A stretch of 64,000 nucleotides of DNA from the NCBI GenBank assembly GCA_048625195.1, contig JBMCRE010000001.1, positions 5,396-69,395 of the forward strand. The letters are read 5' to 3'. Below are positions 8,925-19,278 of the stretch, one piece after another (positions within the stretch are counted from its first letter, which is position 1; each line of letters starts with the position of its first letter). A model generated the notes under the pieces. That model worked only from the letters and a program-made list of their open reading frames with translations. It was not told the DNA's origin and did not search any database. The stretch comes from Nanobdellota archaeon (GTDB lineage Archaea > Nanobdellota > Nanobdellia > Woesearchaeales > UBA583). The position numbers and the translations under genes are program-made.

Positions 8925-11210
8925 TTAATTCCTTGAGTAAGTTGCACTATGTTTAACATCATTATATTCATTATTTTTGTTACCATACATGTCTATTGGT
9001 ATGATATTTTTATATGTTATAGTTTCCATGTTTGTTGTAAGAACTAATAAATTACCGTCTTTTCCAACTATTTTTTGTATTGTTTTTGGTTGTTTATCAT
9101 TATATGTAATTACTAATTCTCCTTCTAATTCAAGTATATTATTATCACTATTAATTTCATTCCAATTTAAATATAATTTTTCATTTCCATTTTCATTTTT
9201 TTTTCTAATTCCATTTACTTTTATAGAGTTATATGGATGTGGAGGTTTTTTATCTTTTATAGTAATTGCAGAAAATTTTGCAGGTTGAATTATATTATCT
9301 GTGTTATCTTTTATTAATTGATAAAATGTCAAATCATCATTAACTATCTTTTTAAAATTCCACTGTTTTTTTAGTGGTTTTATTAATCCATGTTTTTGAT
9401 TATTCATAGGTATGATGTAGATGTCATAATCTTTTTCGTTTTCTAAAATTAAATTATTAGTAAAAGTTTGTGATTCAATTATATGATTATATTTATTATC
9501 ATTTTGAATTTTAACATCAGATGTTACAATAAGATTAATATCTTGAGGTTCTTTTAGACTATCTGAACCATCATAATAATGACATTTATTAGATGTTGTA
9601 TCAATACATTGTTCACTGATTAATTCTCCTTTTTCTAAGATATATAAATCATAATGATTAAAAGAAGGATCTTCATAATCTTCAATATTTAAAATTAATG
9701 TGTTTTGATATCCTTCTTCTTCTCCTGTTATAGTATTATGATTATTTATTGTTATTGGGGATGGGCCAAATAAGTTTTGAGGAATTATTTTTTTAGTTTT
9801 TCCTTCAATATTTTCTACATTATAATTTAAATTTTGATCTGTTGCAAAAACATAAACAAAAATAGGTTTTTCTTCTAATAATTCAAATGTTTCTGTATCT
9901 TTATTGTATATTTGAGATAACTTTATTTTTTTAATCTCTTTATCATTGGCGTCTTTTATAAATGTTTTATCACTAGTGGTAATTAAAGTAATTGGTTTAT
10001 TAAAATCTTTAGAAAAAAAGTATTGATTATTATTTTCACTAATACCTGTATTTTCAAAGTCGGTTGGGATTTTATTTTTTCGTAATAAGTTAGTAATTTG
10101 ATCATAATTACTACTAGATTTATCAAAAAAGTTTTCATAAGAGTATAATATTACATAACTTTTGACTTTATCATAAAATCTAGGTTTTTCAATATGTAAT
10201 TCTATTGTTTTATCTAAACCTTGAAAGTGATTCAAGTTAAAATTTAAATAACTATATGGAATATTGTCTTTTAGAATAACACCAAAATTTAATTCCTCTA
10301 TATTGTTATTATTGCTAACTATAAAATTTAATCCATAATAATTGTCACTTTGTATGTCTAAATATTTTATTTCTAAATTATATTCTTGTAAAATTTTATC
10401 ATGAAAATTATTTAAATAATTCTCAGTTATATTTGTTATACATTTTAATTCGGTATTTTCATTGTTTTCTAAACATTTAGGTATTTCTTCTTCAATTTTG
10501 GTTGATAATTGTGGAATTAAATTATTTAATCCAATTAACAATTGTGGATATAAACCTAATGTGTGATTTGTATTGTAATTTAATTCTAAGTTTAAATCTC
10601 CTATTTTCGTTTGTTCTTTATAAGATGTTTTTATTTGTAAATCAATAGAATCAATCTCTTTGTCATAGTCTATATTAATTATTGGATTGCTATTGATATT
10701 TTGTTCTTTTAATCCATTTTGTAGATTTGTAAAAAGTCTATCTTCTAAAAAATATTTATATTTTTCTATAAATTCATCATTAAATTTAGCAGAGCAATTA
10801 CTATAATGGCTGTCATTATTTTGCATATTTACATCAAGGTTTTTTTCATTGTACCATAATTCTATTCCTTGTATTTTACAACCTAAATAATTACTATCAT
10901 CTCCTCCTTGAGTCCTTTTTGATAAATCATTTAGACTTAATCCTAAAGTTTTTGCAAAATCTTTTTTAGCAGTGTTTATTGTTTTAATGGTTTCTTCTTT
11001 TTTGTAAAAATTTTCAGCAGGAATTTTTGCATTAATATTGTCTACAACTAGTATGGTAGTATTATAATCTAAATCTTTTTTTGTAACATTAACAGGTAAG
11101 ATTAAAGTTAAGATTAGAAATATAAATAAAATCAAAATTACAGGAGTTATCATTGTTAAAAATCCAATTGCTTTTTTATTGTGAATCTTGTGATTAATTG
11201 TTGTTTTCAT
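8925..11210 (-). CDS. Large exported protein with class III-like signal peptide
   Basis: HNKKA|IGF followed by a hydrophobic helix; long beta-rich N/D/T-rich body; no recognised family. Confidence 0.6.
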   Translation of the reverse strand: MKTTINHKIHNKKAIGFLTMITPVILILFIFLILTLILPVNVTKKDLDYNTTILVVDNINAKIPAENFYKKEETIKTINTAKKDFAKTLGLSLNDLSKRTQGGDDSNYLGCKIQGIELWYNEKNLDVNMQNNDSHYSNCSAKFNDEFIEKYKYFLEDRLFTNLQNGLKEQNINSNPIINIDYDKEIDSIDLQIKTSYKEQTKIGDLNLELNYNTNHTLGLYPQLLIGLNNLIPQLSTKIEEEIPKCLENNENTELKCITNITENYLNNFHDKILQEYNLEIKYLDIQSDNYYGLNFIVSNNNNIEELNFGVILKDNIPYSYLNFNLNHFQGLDKTIELHIEKPRFYDKVKSYVILYSYENFFDKSSSNYDQITNLLRKNKIPTDFENTGISENNNQYFFSKDFNKPITLITTSDKTFIKDANDKEIKKIKLSQIYNKDTETFELLEEKPIFVYVFATDQNLNYNVENIEGKTKKIIPQNLFGPSPITINNHNTITGEEEGYQNTLILNIEDYEDPSFNHYDLYILEKGELISEQCIDTTSNKCHYYDGSDSLKEPQDINLIVTSDVKIQNDNKYNHIIESQTFTNNLILENEKDYDIYIIPMNNQKHGLIKPLKKQWNFKKIVNDDLTFYQLIKDNTDNIIQPAKFSAITIKDKKPPHPYNSIKVNGIRKKNENGNEKLYLNWNEINSDNNILELEGELVITYNDKQPKTIQKIVGKDGNLLVLTTNMETITYKNIIPIDMYGNKNNEYNDVKHSATYSRN

Positions 11211-11225
11211 TTTGATTATAATAGA

Positions 11226-11777
11226 TTAGTATTGTTTGAATTTTATATATGCTTTTTTATTATCATTATTAGTTTTTAGGTAAAAAAAATAATTGTTTCT
11301 TCTTATTGATGCATCTAGATTTGAGTATTGCTCTATATCATCATAATATATTAATAATAATTTGTCTTTATTGATTTCATCAGATGAGAATCTTTGATAA
11401 TAATCAACTGGAGATAAATCTTGTGTATCTTGTAAATAAGCATATTTTTGTAGATAATTTTCACGTATTTTATTAACAATTGCTTCACTTTCTTCTGTGT
11501 TAATTGCAATGAGATCCTTAACAAAAAAAGTTTGATTTTCATCTAAATTTAATTCTAACAAGTCCTTTTTCTCTATTTTAGTCATTAAAAATGAATGGAC
11601 AAAGACAGCAGGAAATTGATAATTTAATTCAGGAGCATATTCATTAAACTGTTGTTTGCTATCTAATGATAAGTTATATACAAAATATGAAATAATACCC
11701 ACACAAACAATTGCAATAATTGCAATTATAAATTCAACGTCCATTCCAAAAGCTTTTTTGTTTTTTTTAATTTTCAT
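11226..11777 (-). CDS. Pilin-like protein with class III signal peptide
   Basis: MKIKKNKKA|FGMDVEFIIAIIAIVCVGIISYFVY. Confidence 0.6.
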   Translation of the reverse strand: MKIKKNKKAFGMDVEFIIAIIAIVCVGIISYFVYNLSLDSKQQFNEYAPELNYQFPAVFVHSFLMTKIEKKDLLELNLDENQTFFVKDLIAINTEESEAIVNKIRENYLQKYAYLQDTQDLSPVDYYQRFSSDEINKDKLLLIYYDDIEQYSNLDASIRRNNYFFYLKTNNDNKKAYIKFKQY

Positions 11778-11783
11778 TTTGGC

Positions 11784-13502
11784 TCAATATTGCATTAATC
11801 CATGTGTTTTTTTATATATAGAATAAAGTTTCCATACATCATCTATATTGTCGATTTTTATTTTTTTATGTTTATGAGCTTTTGAAGATGATATTGGTTG
11901 TTCTTTTCTTTGTGGTAAATTAAATTGAGGCATGAGTGGTTTAAATAATTCATAAAACCCTTTGAAAGGTCCTAAAAACATAGTCATATCTATATCTTCT
12001 TTAGAATATTTGTTTTGATTATTACTGTAAGTAGTATTTTGATTATTGCTGAAGTTAAGGTTTTCTTTGTTATCAAAATAATTAGTATAATATAATAATT
12101 CTTCTTTTATTGTTGTTAGCTCTGAGATAAAATTTTCTAATAAATCTAAATTTTCATCTTTGATTTGTTGTCTGTAACTTGCAATTTCAAATAAGTTCCA
12201 ACAAAAACCTTTAAATTTTATTGAGTTTTTCATCCAAGGTACTTGTTGTATACCTTGTTGAGATTGTATTGCTTCTGTTCTTCTAATTTGATTAAATTCT
12301 AATTGTATACATGAAAATTTTGATAAATCATCTTTGTCTAATAATTTTTGTTGTAAATTTTGAAATTCTTTATGAGTGATTTCTTTCTTGTCGCTTGGAT
12401 AAAATATGTATTTTCCTTGATTTTCTCCTGCAATAAAACCACTTTTTCCTTTGAATTTTCCTTGAAATATTTCTTTCTCTATATATAATCCATATTTTGT
12501 AAATTCTAAGGCATTAAATTTATATCCTCCTCTTTCAAATCCTTTTATTCCTAAAGTTTTAACATACCATATTGAGGAATCAAATAATGAAACTAAGTCT
12601 GGATGCTCTGCTTCAAACCCTCTATGTAAATTATCATACCCAAGGCGTTCAGTTCGTTTTTTTATTTCCATTAATAAAGGTTTCATTATATTGATATGCA
12701 TTTGAATTGTGGAATACATTTGTTTTAGACTTGTAACTTTTATTTTGAATGTTGTTTGAGTATCTTTTATAGCTGAAGGTAGCCAATAATAAAATCTATA
12801 CATCATTCTTGCGGCAGCTTCTTTTGCATCTTTTGTAATATCTATTGAATAAATATTTTCATCGAGTTGTTCTTTTAATGTTTTATTAGTTTGAAATGGG
12901 TCGTCTAGAGATGTTCCAAAAAATAATTGTGGAAGTAATGTAAAATCTAGTCCTTGTTCGGCTGAAGATCTTTGCATTTGCCATAGTCTTCCTCCATCTA
13001 CTTCATTTACCCATTTATCTTTTAGATGCGAGATTGCTTCATTTCTTTCATCTCTTGCTTTTTTTAATTCTTTATTGTCATTATTTGTCCCTTTAGACTT
13101 TAATTCTTGAACAATTTTATCATTTTGAGTAACTTGGTTTATCCATTTATAATAAAAATCTGCCTGTTTAACTTCCTTGAGTAATGGGAATAAATGAACT
13201 TTTATTAGTTGAATTATTTGATTCAAATTTTCTTGAAATGCTCTGATGGTTCCTCCCTTTATTTGTCTAAGCTGCATTCCCAGTTGAGAATTTTCTGTAA
13301 AATGATGGTAATCTTCTAATTTTAACGTTGTATATCCTTTTCCTGTATAATATGCAAAATTAAAAAACCAATAATAACTTTCTGTTATGTCTTCGTTATA
13401 ACCTTCAAATCTGATTTCTTTATCAATAACAGCATTACTTCTAGTGGCATTTTTTATCATTTCATCTGCCTTACTTTGAAAATTTAAAGAATCATCATAC
13501 AT
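11784..13502 (-). CDS. Hypothetical protein (572 aa, helical)
   Basis: Long open ORF 6 bp upstream of the pilin-like gene; no function recognised. Confidence 0.7.
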   Translation of the reverse strand: MYDDSLNFQSKADEMIKNATRSNAVIDKEIRFEGYNEDITESYYWFFNFAYYTGKGYTTLKLEDYHHFTENSQLGMQLRQIKGGTIRAFQENLNQIIQLIKVHLFPLLKEVKQADFYYKWINQVTQNDKIVQELKSKGTNNDNKELKKARDERNEAISHLKDKWVNEVDGGRLWQMQRSSAEQGLDFTLLPQLFFGTSLDDPFQTNKTLKEQLDENIYSIDITKDAKEAAARMMYRFYYWLPSAIKDTQTTFKIKVTSLKQMYSTIQMHINIMKPLLMEIKKRTERLGYDNLHRGFEAEHPDLVSLFDSSIWYVKTLGIKGFERGGYKFNALEFTKYGLYIEKEIFQGKFKGKSGFIAGENQGKYIFYPSDKKEITHKEFQNLQQKLLDKDDLSKFSCIQLEFNQIRRTEAIQSQQGIQQVPWMKNSIKFKGFCWNLFEIASYRQQIKDENLDLLENFISELTTIKEELLYYTNYFDNKENLNFSNNQNTTYSNNQNKYSKEDIDMTMFLGPFKGFYELFKPLMPQFNLPQRKEQPISSSKAHKHKKIKIDNIDDVWKLYSIYKKTHGLMQY

Positions 13503-13619
13503 TTTATATTATATTTAGATTATTTAGTATTTTAGTAGTTTAGTTTTAACTATTAAGGAGTATTTTTTATAATTTAAAAAAGTGGTTAATTTTATAAAAA
13601 CAACTTTTTTAATTTTTTT

Positions 13620-14441
13620 ATGAGTTTTAATATTTTTACAGATGGTGCATCAAGAGGAAATCCAGGAAAAGCTGGAATTGGTATTGTTATATATAAAAAT
13701 GATAAATGTATAGAAGAAATTAGTGATTTTATTGGTAATAAAACTAATAATGAAGCAGAGTATTTTGCAATAATTAGAGCATTAGAAAAATTATTAGAAT
13801 TAAATAGTAATAATAAAGCAAATTTGTTTAGTGATTCCGAATTATTAATTAAACAAATTAATGGGATTTATAAGGTTAAATCAAAAAATCTTATTGAATT
13901 AAATAACAAAGTAAGATTATTATTAAAAAAATTAGATGTGAATTTTGTGTGGATACCAAGAGAAGAAAATAAAATAGCTGATTTATTAGCAAATAAAGGA
14001 ATTGATATTAATAAAAGTAGTAATAAAGGCAATGTAAGTCAATTTGATAGATTTAAAAATAAACTTAATAATCAAGATTCAATCTTAAATGAATTATTAA
14101 TTGATAAATCTTTTTTTGGAAAAATTAATTGTTTTAAAATTCAATTGAATAATAATTTAGAAGTTTATTTTCATATGGGTTTATTAAAAAATAATAAGTG
14201 GGATTGGAAAAAAGTTAAAATGTCTGATGTTGAACTTGGACAAATAATTCATTTATTAAAGCATAATGAAGGTAAAGTAGCTTTTTTTCATAAATTTAAT
14301 CAAAATAAAACTCAAATTTGGTGTAATAAAGCTATTGATAGGTTTTCTATAAAAATTGATGAATATTCTAAGAATTTTACGATAGGAGAGTTTGAAGCTT
14401 TAAATATTATTATTGAAGAATGTATTAGAAGAAGGATTTGA
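13620..14441 (+). CDS. rnhA: Ribonuclease HI with extra C-terminal (Whirly-like) domain
   Basis: FTDGASRGNPG, TNNEAEY, SDSELLIKQING, WIPREENKIADLLAN supply the D-E-D-D catalytic set in residues ~1-130; extra ~115-aa C-terminal domain. Confidence 0.9.
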   Translation: MSFNIFTDGASRGNPGKAGIGIVIYKNDKCIEEISDFIGNKTNNEAEYFAIIRALEKLLELNSNNKANLFSDSELLIKQINGIYKVKSKNLIELNNKVRLLLKKLDVNFVWIPREENKIADLLANKGIDINKSSNKGNVSQFDRFKNKLNNQDSILNELLIDKSFFGKINCFKIQLNNNLEVYFHMGLLKNNKWDWKKVKMSDVELGQIIHLLKHNEGKVAFFHKFNQNKTQIWCNKAIDRFSIKIDEYSKNFTIGEFEALNIIIEECIRRRI

Positions 14442-14523
14442 AGTCAGAAAAAATATAAAAAGTTTAAAAAGGCAATAATTATTAAAGAACTGAAGAGATT
14501 TTTGTCTTTTAATCTTTTAAATT

Positions 14524-14967
14524 TTATTTTATTTCGATATAATTTTGATTTTTCTTTTTATGTTTTTTAGAAAATAAATTTATATTTTTAATTTTTTCTT
14601 TTAATGAAATTTTGTTTTTAATTTTTAATTCAAGATTGTTTTTTTTTGAAGGGGTGATTTTATGTATAGTATGTTTGAGGTTTCTTTTTGATTTTTCTTT
14701 GTATTTTTTGATTTTTTGATTTTCAATATAATTACTAATTTTTCTTACAATAAAACTTCTATTATATACTATATATAAACCTACTGTAAATGAAAATACA
14801 GCTGTTATTATCATATTTACAAATTTAGAAAATATCATTAAAGTTACAAAATATATCAATACTATAGCTAAAACACTAATTAGATATAATGTGATATTTA
14901 ACCGAAGATAATGTGTATTATCTAAAAAAAAATCAATTTTTTTTTTAGCTTTATTTTTTCTTCTCAT
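14524..14967 (-). CDS. Hypothetical membrane protein (2 TM, basic tail)
   Basis: Two hydrophobic segments; likely start MRRKNK at 14967. Confidence 0.6.
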   Translation of the reverse strand: MRRKNKAKKKIDFFLDNTHYLRLNITLYLISVLAIVLIYFVTLMIFSKFVNMIITAVFSFTVGLYIVYNRSFIVRKISNYIENQKIKKYKEKSKRNLKHTIHKITPSKKNNLELKIKNKISLKEKIKNINLFSKKHKKKNQNYIEIK

Positions 14968-15039
14968 AAAAATGATGAAAACTTGTTTGTTTTTAAACAT
15001 TTCGTATTGTTGGTATATGCACATCAATTATTTAAAAAT

Positions 15040-15702
15040 TTAAAAATATTGTCTTATAATGTTTTCTAATAACATAGAATATTGATAAGGACTAGGGTTG
15101 TTTGAAGTATCAAAATTAAATAAAATTCCTTGTTTTGTTGTATTTTGAGCATATTGTATTTTTTCTTTTTTTTCTTTAAAAGTTAATTGGAAACTTGATT
15201 TTTGTTTAAATTCATGTTTTGAAGTTTGTTCTTGTCTTGCTCTTTGATATTGTACCTCTTTAGATACAGACATTAATAGTACATTATTTTGTGTGATTTG
15301 ATATAAATTATTTTCTGCTAAAAGAGCAGCTTCTAATAAGATTAATCCGTTTTGTATTTGGTTTACATTATGTTGTATTATATTTTTACAATTTTTTTCC
15401 ATGAATTTATTATAAAGTGTTGATTTATATTCGTCGTTAAAAATTAATTTTTGTAATTTTGTTGTGTTTATTGAACTGTCTGCAAGTAAAAGATTTGAAC
15501 GAAATAAATCTACAAGTTCTTCTCTTATGTGTAAATATTCTTTATTAGAGCTTAAAATTTGTGACCCTAATTCGTCATACGATATATGTAATGCTTGTAA
15601 TTTATATTTATTAGTTGCAATATTAACTAAAATTTTTGATGCATAACTTTTTCCTGAATATTTCTCTCCAGTGATACCAAGTAAGATTTTATTATTGAAC
15701 AT
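15040..15702 (-). CDS. Dephospho-CoA kinase-like P-loop protein (bacterial CoaE type, divergent)
   Basis: LGITGEKYSGKS, YDELG..IL, LQKLIFND, LEAALLAE, VSKEVQYQR follow the CoaE layout. Confidence 0.7.
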   Translation of the reverse strand: MFNNKILLGITGEKYSGKSYASKILVNIATNKYKLQALHISYDELGSQILSSNKEYLHIREELVDLFRSNLLLADSSINTTKLQKLIFNDEYKSTLYNKFMEKNCKNIIQHNVNQIQNGLILLEAALLAENNLYQITQNNVLLMSVSKEVQYQRARQEQTSKHEFKQKSSFQLTFKEKKEKIQYAQNTTKQGILFNFDTSNNPSPYQYSMLLENIIRQYF

Positions 15703-15989
15703 TTTTTATTGTTTTGGTAATGTATTTAATTTTAATTATCTGTTTTGAAGATTTATATCTTAATAATTAAATATATAAATTATATAAATGTATAATTAAT
15801 AAGGATTTAGATAATTTATATTATAGTATTTAAGTTTTCTTATCCTTTATTAAAACTTATTAAAAATTAAATTTTGTTTTAATTTATAAATTTAACTCAG
15901 CATTGTAAATACTATAGGAATACGACAACTATTAACTACTTTAAAATTATTGCTAATTCATATAAGAAATAGATTTATGTTTAAAATAT

Positions 15990-18900
15990 ATGAATAACAC
16001 TAGAGATGATTTTGCAAAGAAGAATAAGGGAAAACATAAAGAAAAACATCACGTTGAAATAAATAAAAAAGATGATGATTCTTTGAAAGTTAACAAGAAT
16101 ATGAACATTCTTGAAGAGAGTTTAGATATGACTAAAAAACTTAAATTAGAAATCAAAAAAATACATAGTTCTAAAGAACAGTTGAAAAAACATTTAGAAT
16201 CTTTACAAAAAAGAATAGATAAACATGAAATTTCTAAAAATATTAGTAATAAAAATGTTGATAAAGAGGATATTTCTTCAAACGTTTTATCTCATCTAAA
16301 ACAAGAGATTGAAAAGGATTTTGAACCTATTTTTGAAAAATATGATATTAATTTTGCAAAAGAAAATATTTTAAATGAAGTTAATGATACTATTGAATCT
16401 CAATTTCAAAAACTAAAGTCACAAATTGATTCTTCTAATTTTAAAGAAAAAAGATATAATACACAAAAGCTTTCTGATTTAGAAGCTAGAGTATTAGAAT
16501 CATTGAGTGAAAATAAAAAATTAAATGAAGAAATTAAAAAAATTCAAAAATCTGCAAAAAATTTAAAATTATCTCAAGAAATTGAAACAAAAATTTATGA
16601 AGTAGTTTCTAAGTTTAATAAAAAGTATTTTAAGATGCTTGATGCTAATACTATTGAAGTTGAAGAAATCAAACAAGATACTCTAAAAATTGATAAACAA
16701 ATCTCTAAAGTAAAAAAAGTGTTACAAGAAGAGTTTAAAGAAAAAAATACTGACATTGCATCTATACGATCAAAAATTACAAATTTAGAGAAAGACAATG
16801 AATCTATAAAAAAACTACTCGAACGATATGAAAATGATTTATACAATAAATCAAACCAAGAGTTTGTTAAAATAGAGAGTAAAATTCAAAAAGCATTTGA
16901 AAAAAAGTTGACTAATTATAGTGAAAAATTAAATGAGAATTTGTCAAATAAAATATTTGATTCTTTAGAAGAATTAAAAAAATTAAAATTAAATATTGAG
17001 AAACAAACTGATAAAATTAAAACTGATTTTTTAAATCAAAAAAATTCTCAAGAGGATTTTTTAATAACTAAATATAATCAAATTATAGATAATATAGAGT
17101 ATACAAAGAATAAAATTGCAGATGAGAATAAAAAAGAACTTTCATTGATTAGAGATGATGTTTTAAATCGAATAAAAGATGATGTTAAAAATAAAATTGA
17201 AAAACTAATTTTAAAATATAAGGATGAAAAATTAAATTTTGAGAATGAATTAAATTCATATAAAAATGAGCTTGAAAAGACATCTCGAAAATCTATTAAC
17301 GATATTTTAAAGAAAACTCAAGAATTAAAATTTTCAAAACAAGATATTGATAAATTTGTTGATAATATAAAAGAAGAGGTAGTAGAGCAAAATAAGAAAT
17401 TTGAAGAATTCAAAAATAATTTAATGCTTGAAAATAAAGAAAATAAATCTAACTTAATTGATGAAATTTCTAAAAAAGAGGCAAAAAGTAAGGCAGAAAT
17501 TAATGATTTAATTAATAGTACTAAAGAAGAGATTTCTTCACAAATTGTATCTAATAATGAATTTTTAAACAAAATAAATGTTGATAATAAAAAGAATAAA
17601 GAAGAAATATTTGAACAAATAGATTCTAAATTTTTAAAAACAAACGAACAATATAATCAAGAATTTAACTCTCAAATGCTTTTATTTAATAGAAAAATTG
17701 AAGAAAAAGAACAAGAATTTGAAAATAAATTGCAAGAAATTGAAAATCAAGAAAATAAAATTATTGAAGAATTGAATGAATATAAAACCAATCTTGGAGA
17801 ACTAACTAAAAATTATATTGATCAATTAGATAAAGAATTACAAAATTTAAAAAGAACTGAAGCTAATTTCGAAGATGAAGTTCATGCTTATTCAATAAAA
17901 ATTGATGAATTAACTAAAATCAAAAAATTAGAATTAACTGATCATACTCAAGAGTTACAAAAAGAGTTAAAATATATTTTAGAGGAACAAAAAAATAAAT
18001 TTGAAGTTAATGAAAATAATTTTAAAGAAATTTTTAGAGAAAAAATAAATAATTTAAATGATACAATTAATCATAGATTAGATAAAATAGAAAAAACAAT
18101 TTATGATAAAAGTTTAGAAAAAATTGAAAAAAAAATATCTAAAGAACTTGAAATTTTTAAAACCTATGAGCAAACAATTGAATTAAAAGAATCAGAATTA
18201 AGCAAAAAAATTGATTCAATAAATGATGAACATGAACTTATTATGGCTGACATAGAAGTTGCTAAAAATACTTTAAAAGATAAGATAGAAGAAAAACTAA
18301 ATCAAACAGATAAAGAAATAAAAAATAAGTTTTTAGATTATGATTCGGATTTTTCTAATTTTAAACATTTAATTGTTGATGAAATTGAGGACTTTATAAA
18401 AGAGATTGATACTAAATTTATAAACTATGACTCATCATTGCAAAAATTTAAGACAGCTATTATAGATGAAGTTGAAGGTTTTGTTAAACAAATTCATCAA
18501 GATACAACAAGTAAAACTCAAAAAGTAGAAAGTACAATGACAAAGCTTAACTTTACAAATACTCAAATTAATGAGACATTTTCAAAATTGAAAAACTTTG
18601 AAGAAATTTTTAATAATCAAATTGACGGATTAAAATTACAAATAAAAAATAATGAAGAGAAGATAAATCAATTAAATTTAGATACTGCAAAAGAATATTC
18701 AAATAAAAATATTTTGTATGATATTTCAGTTCCAAAAATGTCTAACAATCAGGATGATATTAATAGTGAAATAGAAAAATTAAGACTTGAAATTCAAAAT
18801 AATAAAAAAAAGATTAATAATATCGATTCAAATTATTATGTAGATAATTATCAAAATAGAGGTGATTCGAATTTAGAATCTTTAGGATTTGATATTAAGA

Positions 18901-19250
18901 CTTATGACAAAAAAGAGTCAGAAGAGTTATATAAATATGAGGATAAATTGTCTGATTTACAAAAGAATGTAAATATGCAAATTAATGAATTGAAATTAAT
19001 TGTTGATCAAACTAAAAAACAAGTTGAATCTTTTAGCTATGATAAAATTAATACTTATATACATAAAAACAAGGTGTATGATTTAGTTCATAATATGCAA
19101 GAGTATGAAGAACAGTTGGTAGCATTAATTGAAAATTTACAATCTAAAGGAGCAAGTGACGAATATATTAAAATAGCTTTAACCAATAAAGGACATCCAA
19201 GATTTTATGTTAAATTTGTAATGGAAAATTTATATGAACTTTTTAATTAA
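15990..19250 (+). CDS. Very long coiled-coil protein (1086 aa)
   Basis: K/E/N-rich heptads throughout; no Walker A motif seen; small C-terminal helical motif LQSKGASDEYIKIALTNKGH. Confidence 0.75.
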   Translation: MNNTRDDFAKKNKGKHKEKHHVEINKKDDDSLKVNKNMNILEESLDMTKKLKLEIKKIHSSKEQLKKHLESLQKRIDKHEISKNISNKNVDKEDISSNVLSHLKQEIEKDFEPIFEKYDINFAKENILNEVNDTIESQFQKLKSQIDSSNFKEKRYNTQKLSDLEARVLESLSENKKLNEEIKKIQKSAKNLKLSQEIETKIYEVVSKFNKKYFKMLDANTIEVEEIKQDTLKIDKQISKVKKVLQEEFKEKNTDIASIRSKITNLEKDNESIKKLLERYENDLYNKSNQEFVKIESKIQKAFEKKLTNYSEKLNENLSNKIFDSLEELKKLKLNIEKQTDKIKTDFLNQKNSQEDFLITKYNQIIDNIEYTKNKIADENKKELSLIRDDVLNRIKDDVKNKIEKLILKYKDEKLNFENELNSYKNELEKTSRKSINDILKKTQELKFSKQDIDKFVDNIKEEVVEQNKKFEEFKNNLMLENKENKSNLIDEISKKEAKSKAEINDLINSTKEEISSQIVSNNEFLNKINVDNKKNKEEIFEQIDSKFLKTNEQYNQEFNSQMLLFNRKIEEKEQEFENKLQEIENQENKIIEELNEYKTNLGELTKNYIDQLDKELQNLKRTEANFEDEVHAYSIKIDELTKIKKLELTDHTQELQKELKYILEEQKNKFEVNENNFKEIFREKINNLNDTINHRLDKIEKTIYDKSLEKIEKKISKELEIFKTYEQTIELKESELSKKIDSINDEHELIMADIEVAKNTLKDKIEEKLNQTDKEIKNKFLDYDSDFSNFKHLIVDEIEDFIKEIDTKFINYDSSLQKFKTAIIDEVEGFVKQIHQDTTSKTQKVESTMTKLNFTNTQINETFSKLKNFEEIFNNQIDGLKLQIKNNEEKINQLNLDTAKEYSNKNILYDISVPKMSNNQDDINSEIEKLRLEIQNNKKKINNIDSNYYVDNYQNRGDSNLESLGFDIKTYDKKESEELYKYEDKLSDLQKNVNMQINELKLIVDQTKKQVESFSYDKINTYIHKNKVYDLVHNMQEYEEQLVALIENLQSKGASDEYIKIALTNKGHPRFYVKFVMENLYELFN

Positions 19251-19278
19251 TTTATAATTTTTTAACTTTTATCTAATT

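Noticed and set aside
15990..19250. SMC/Rad50 ATPase
   Set aside because: No Walker A/B, signature motif, hinge or zinc hook is visible.
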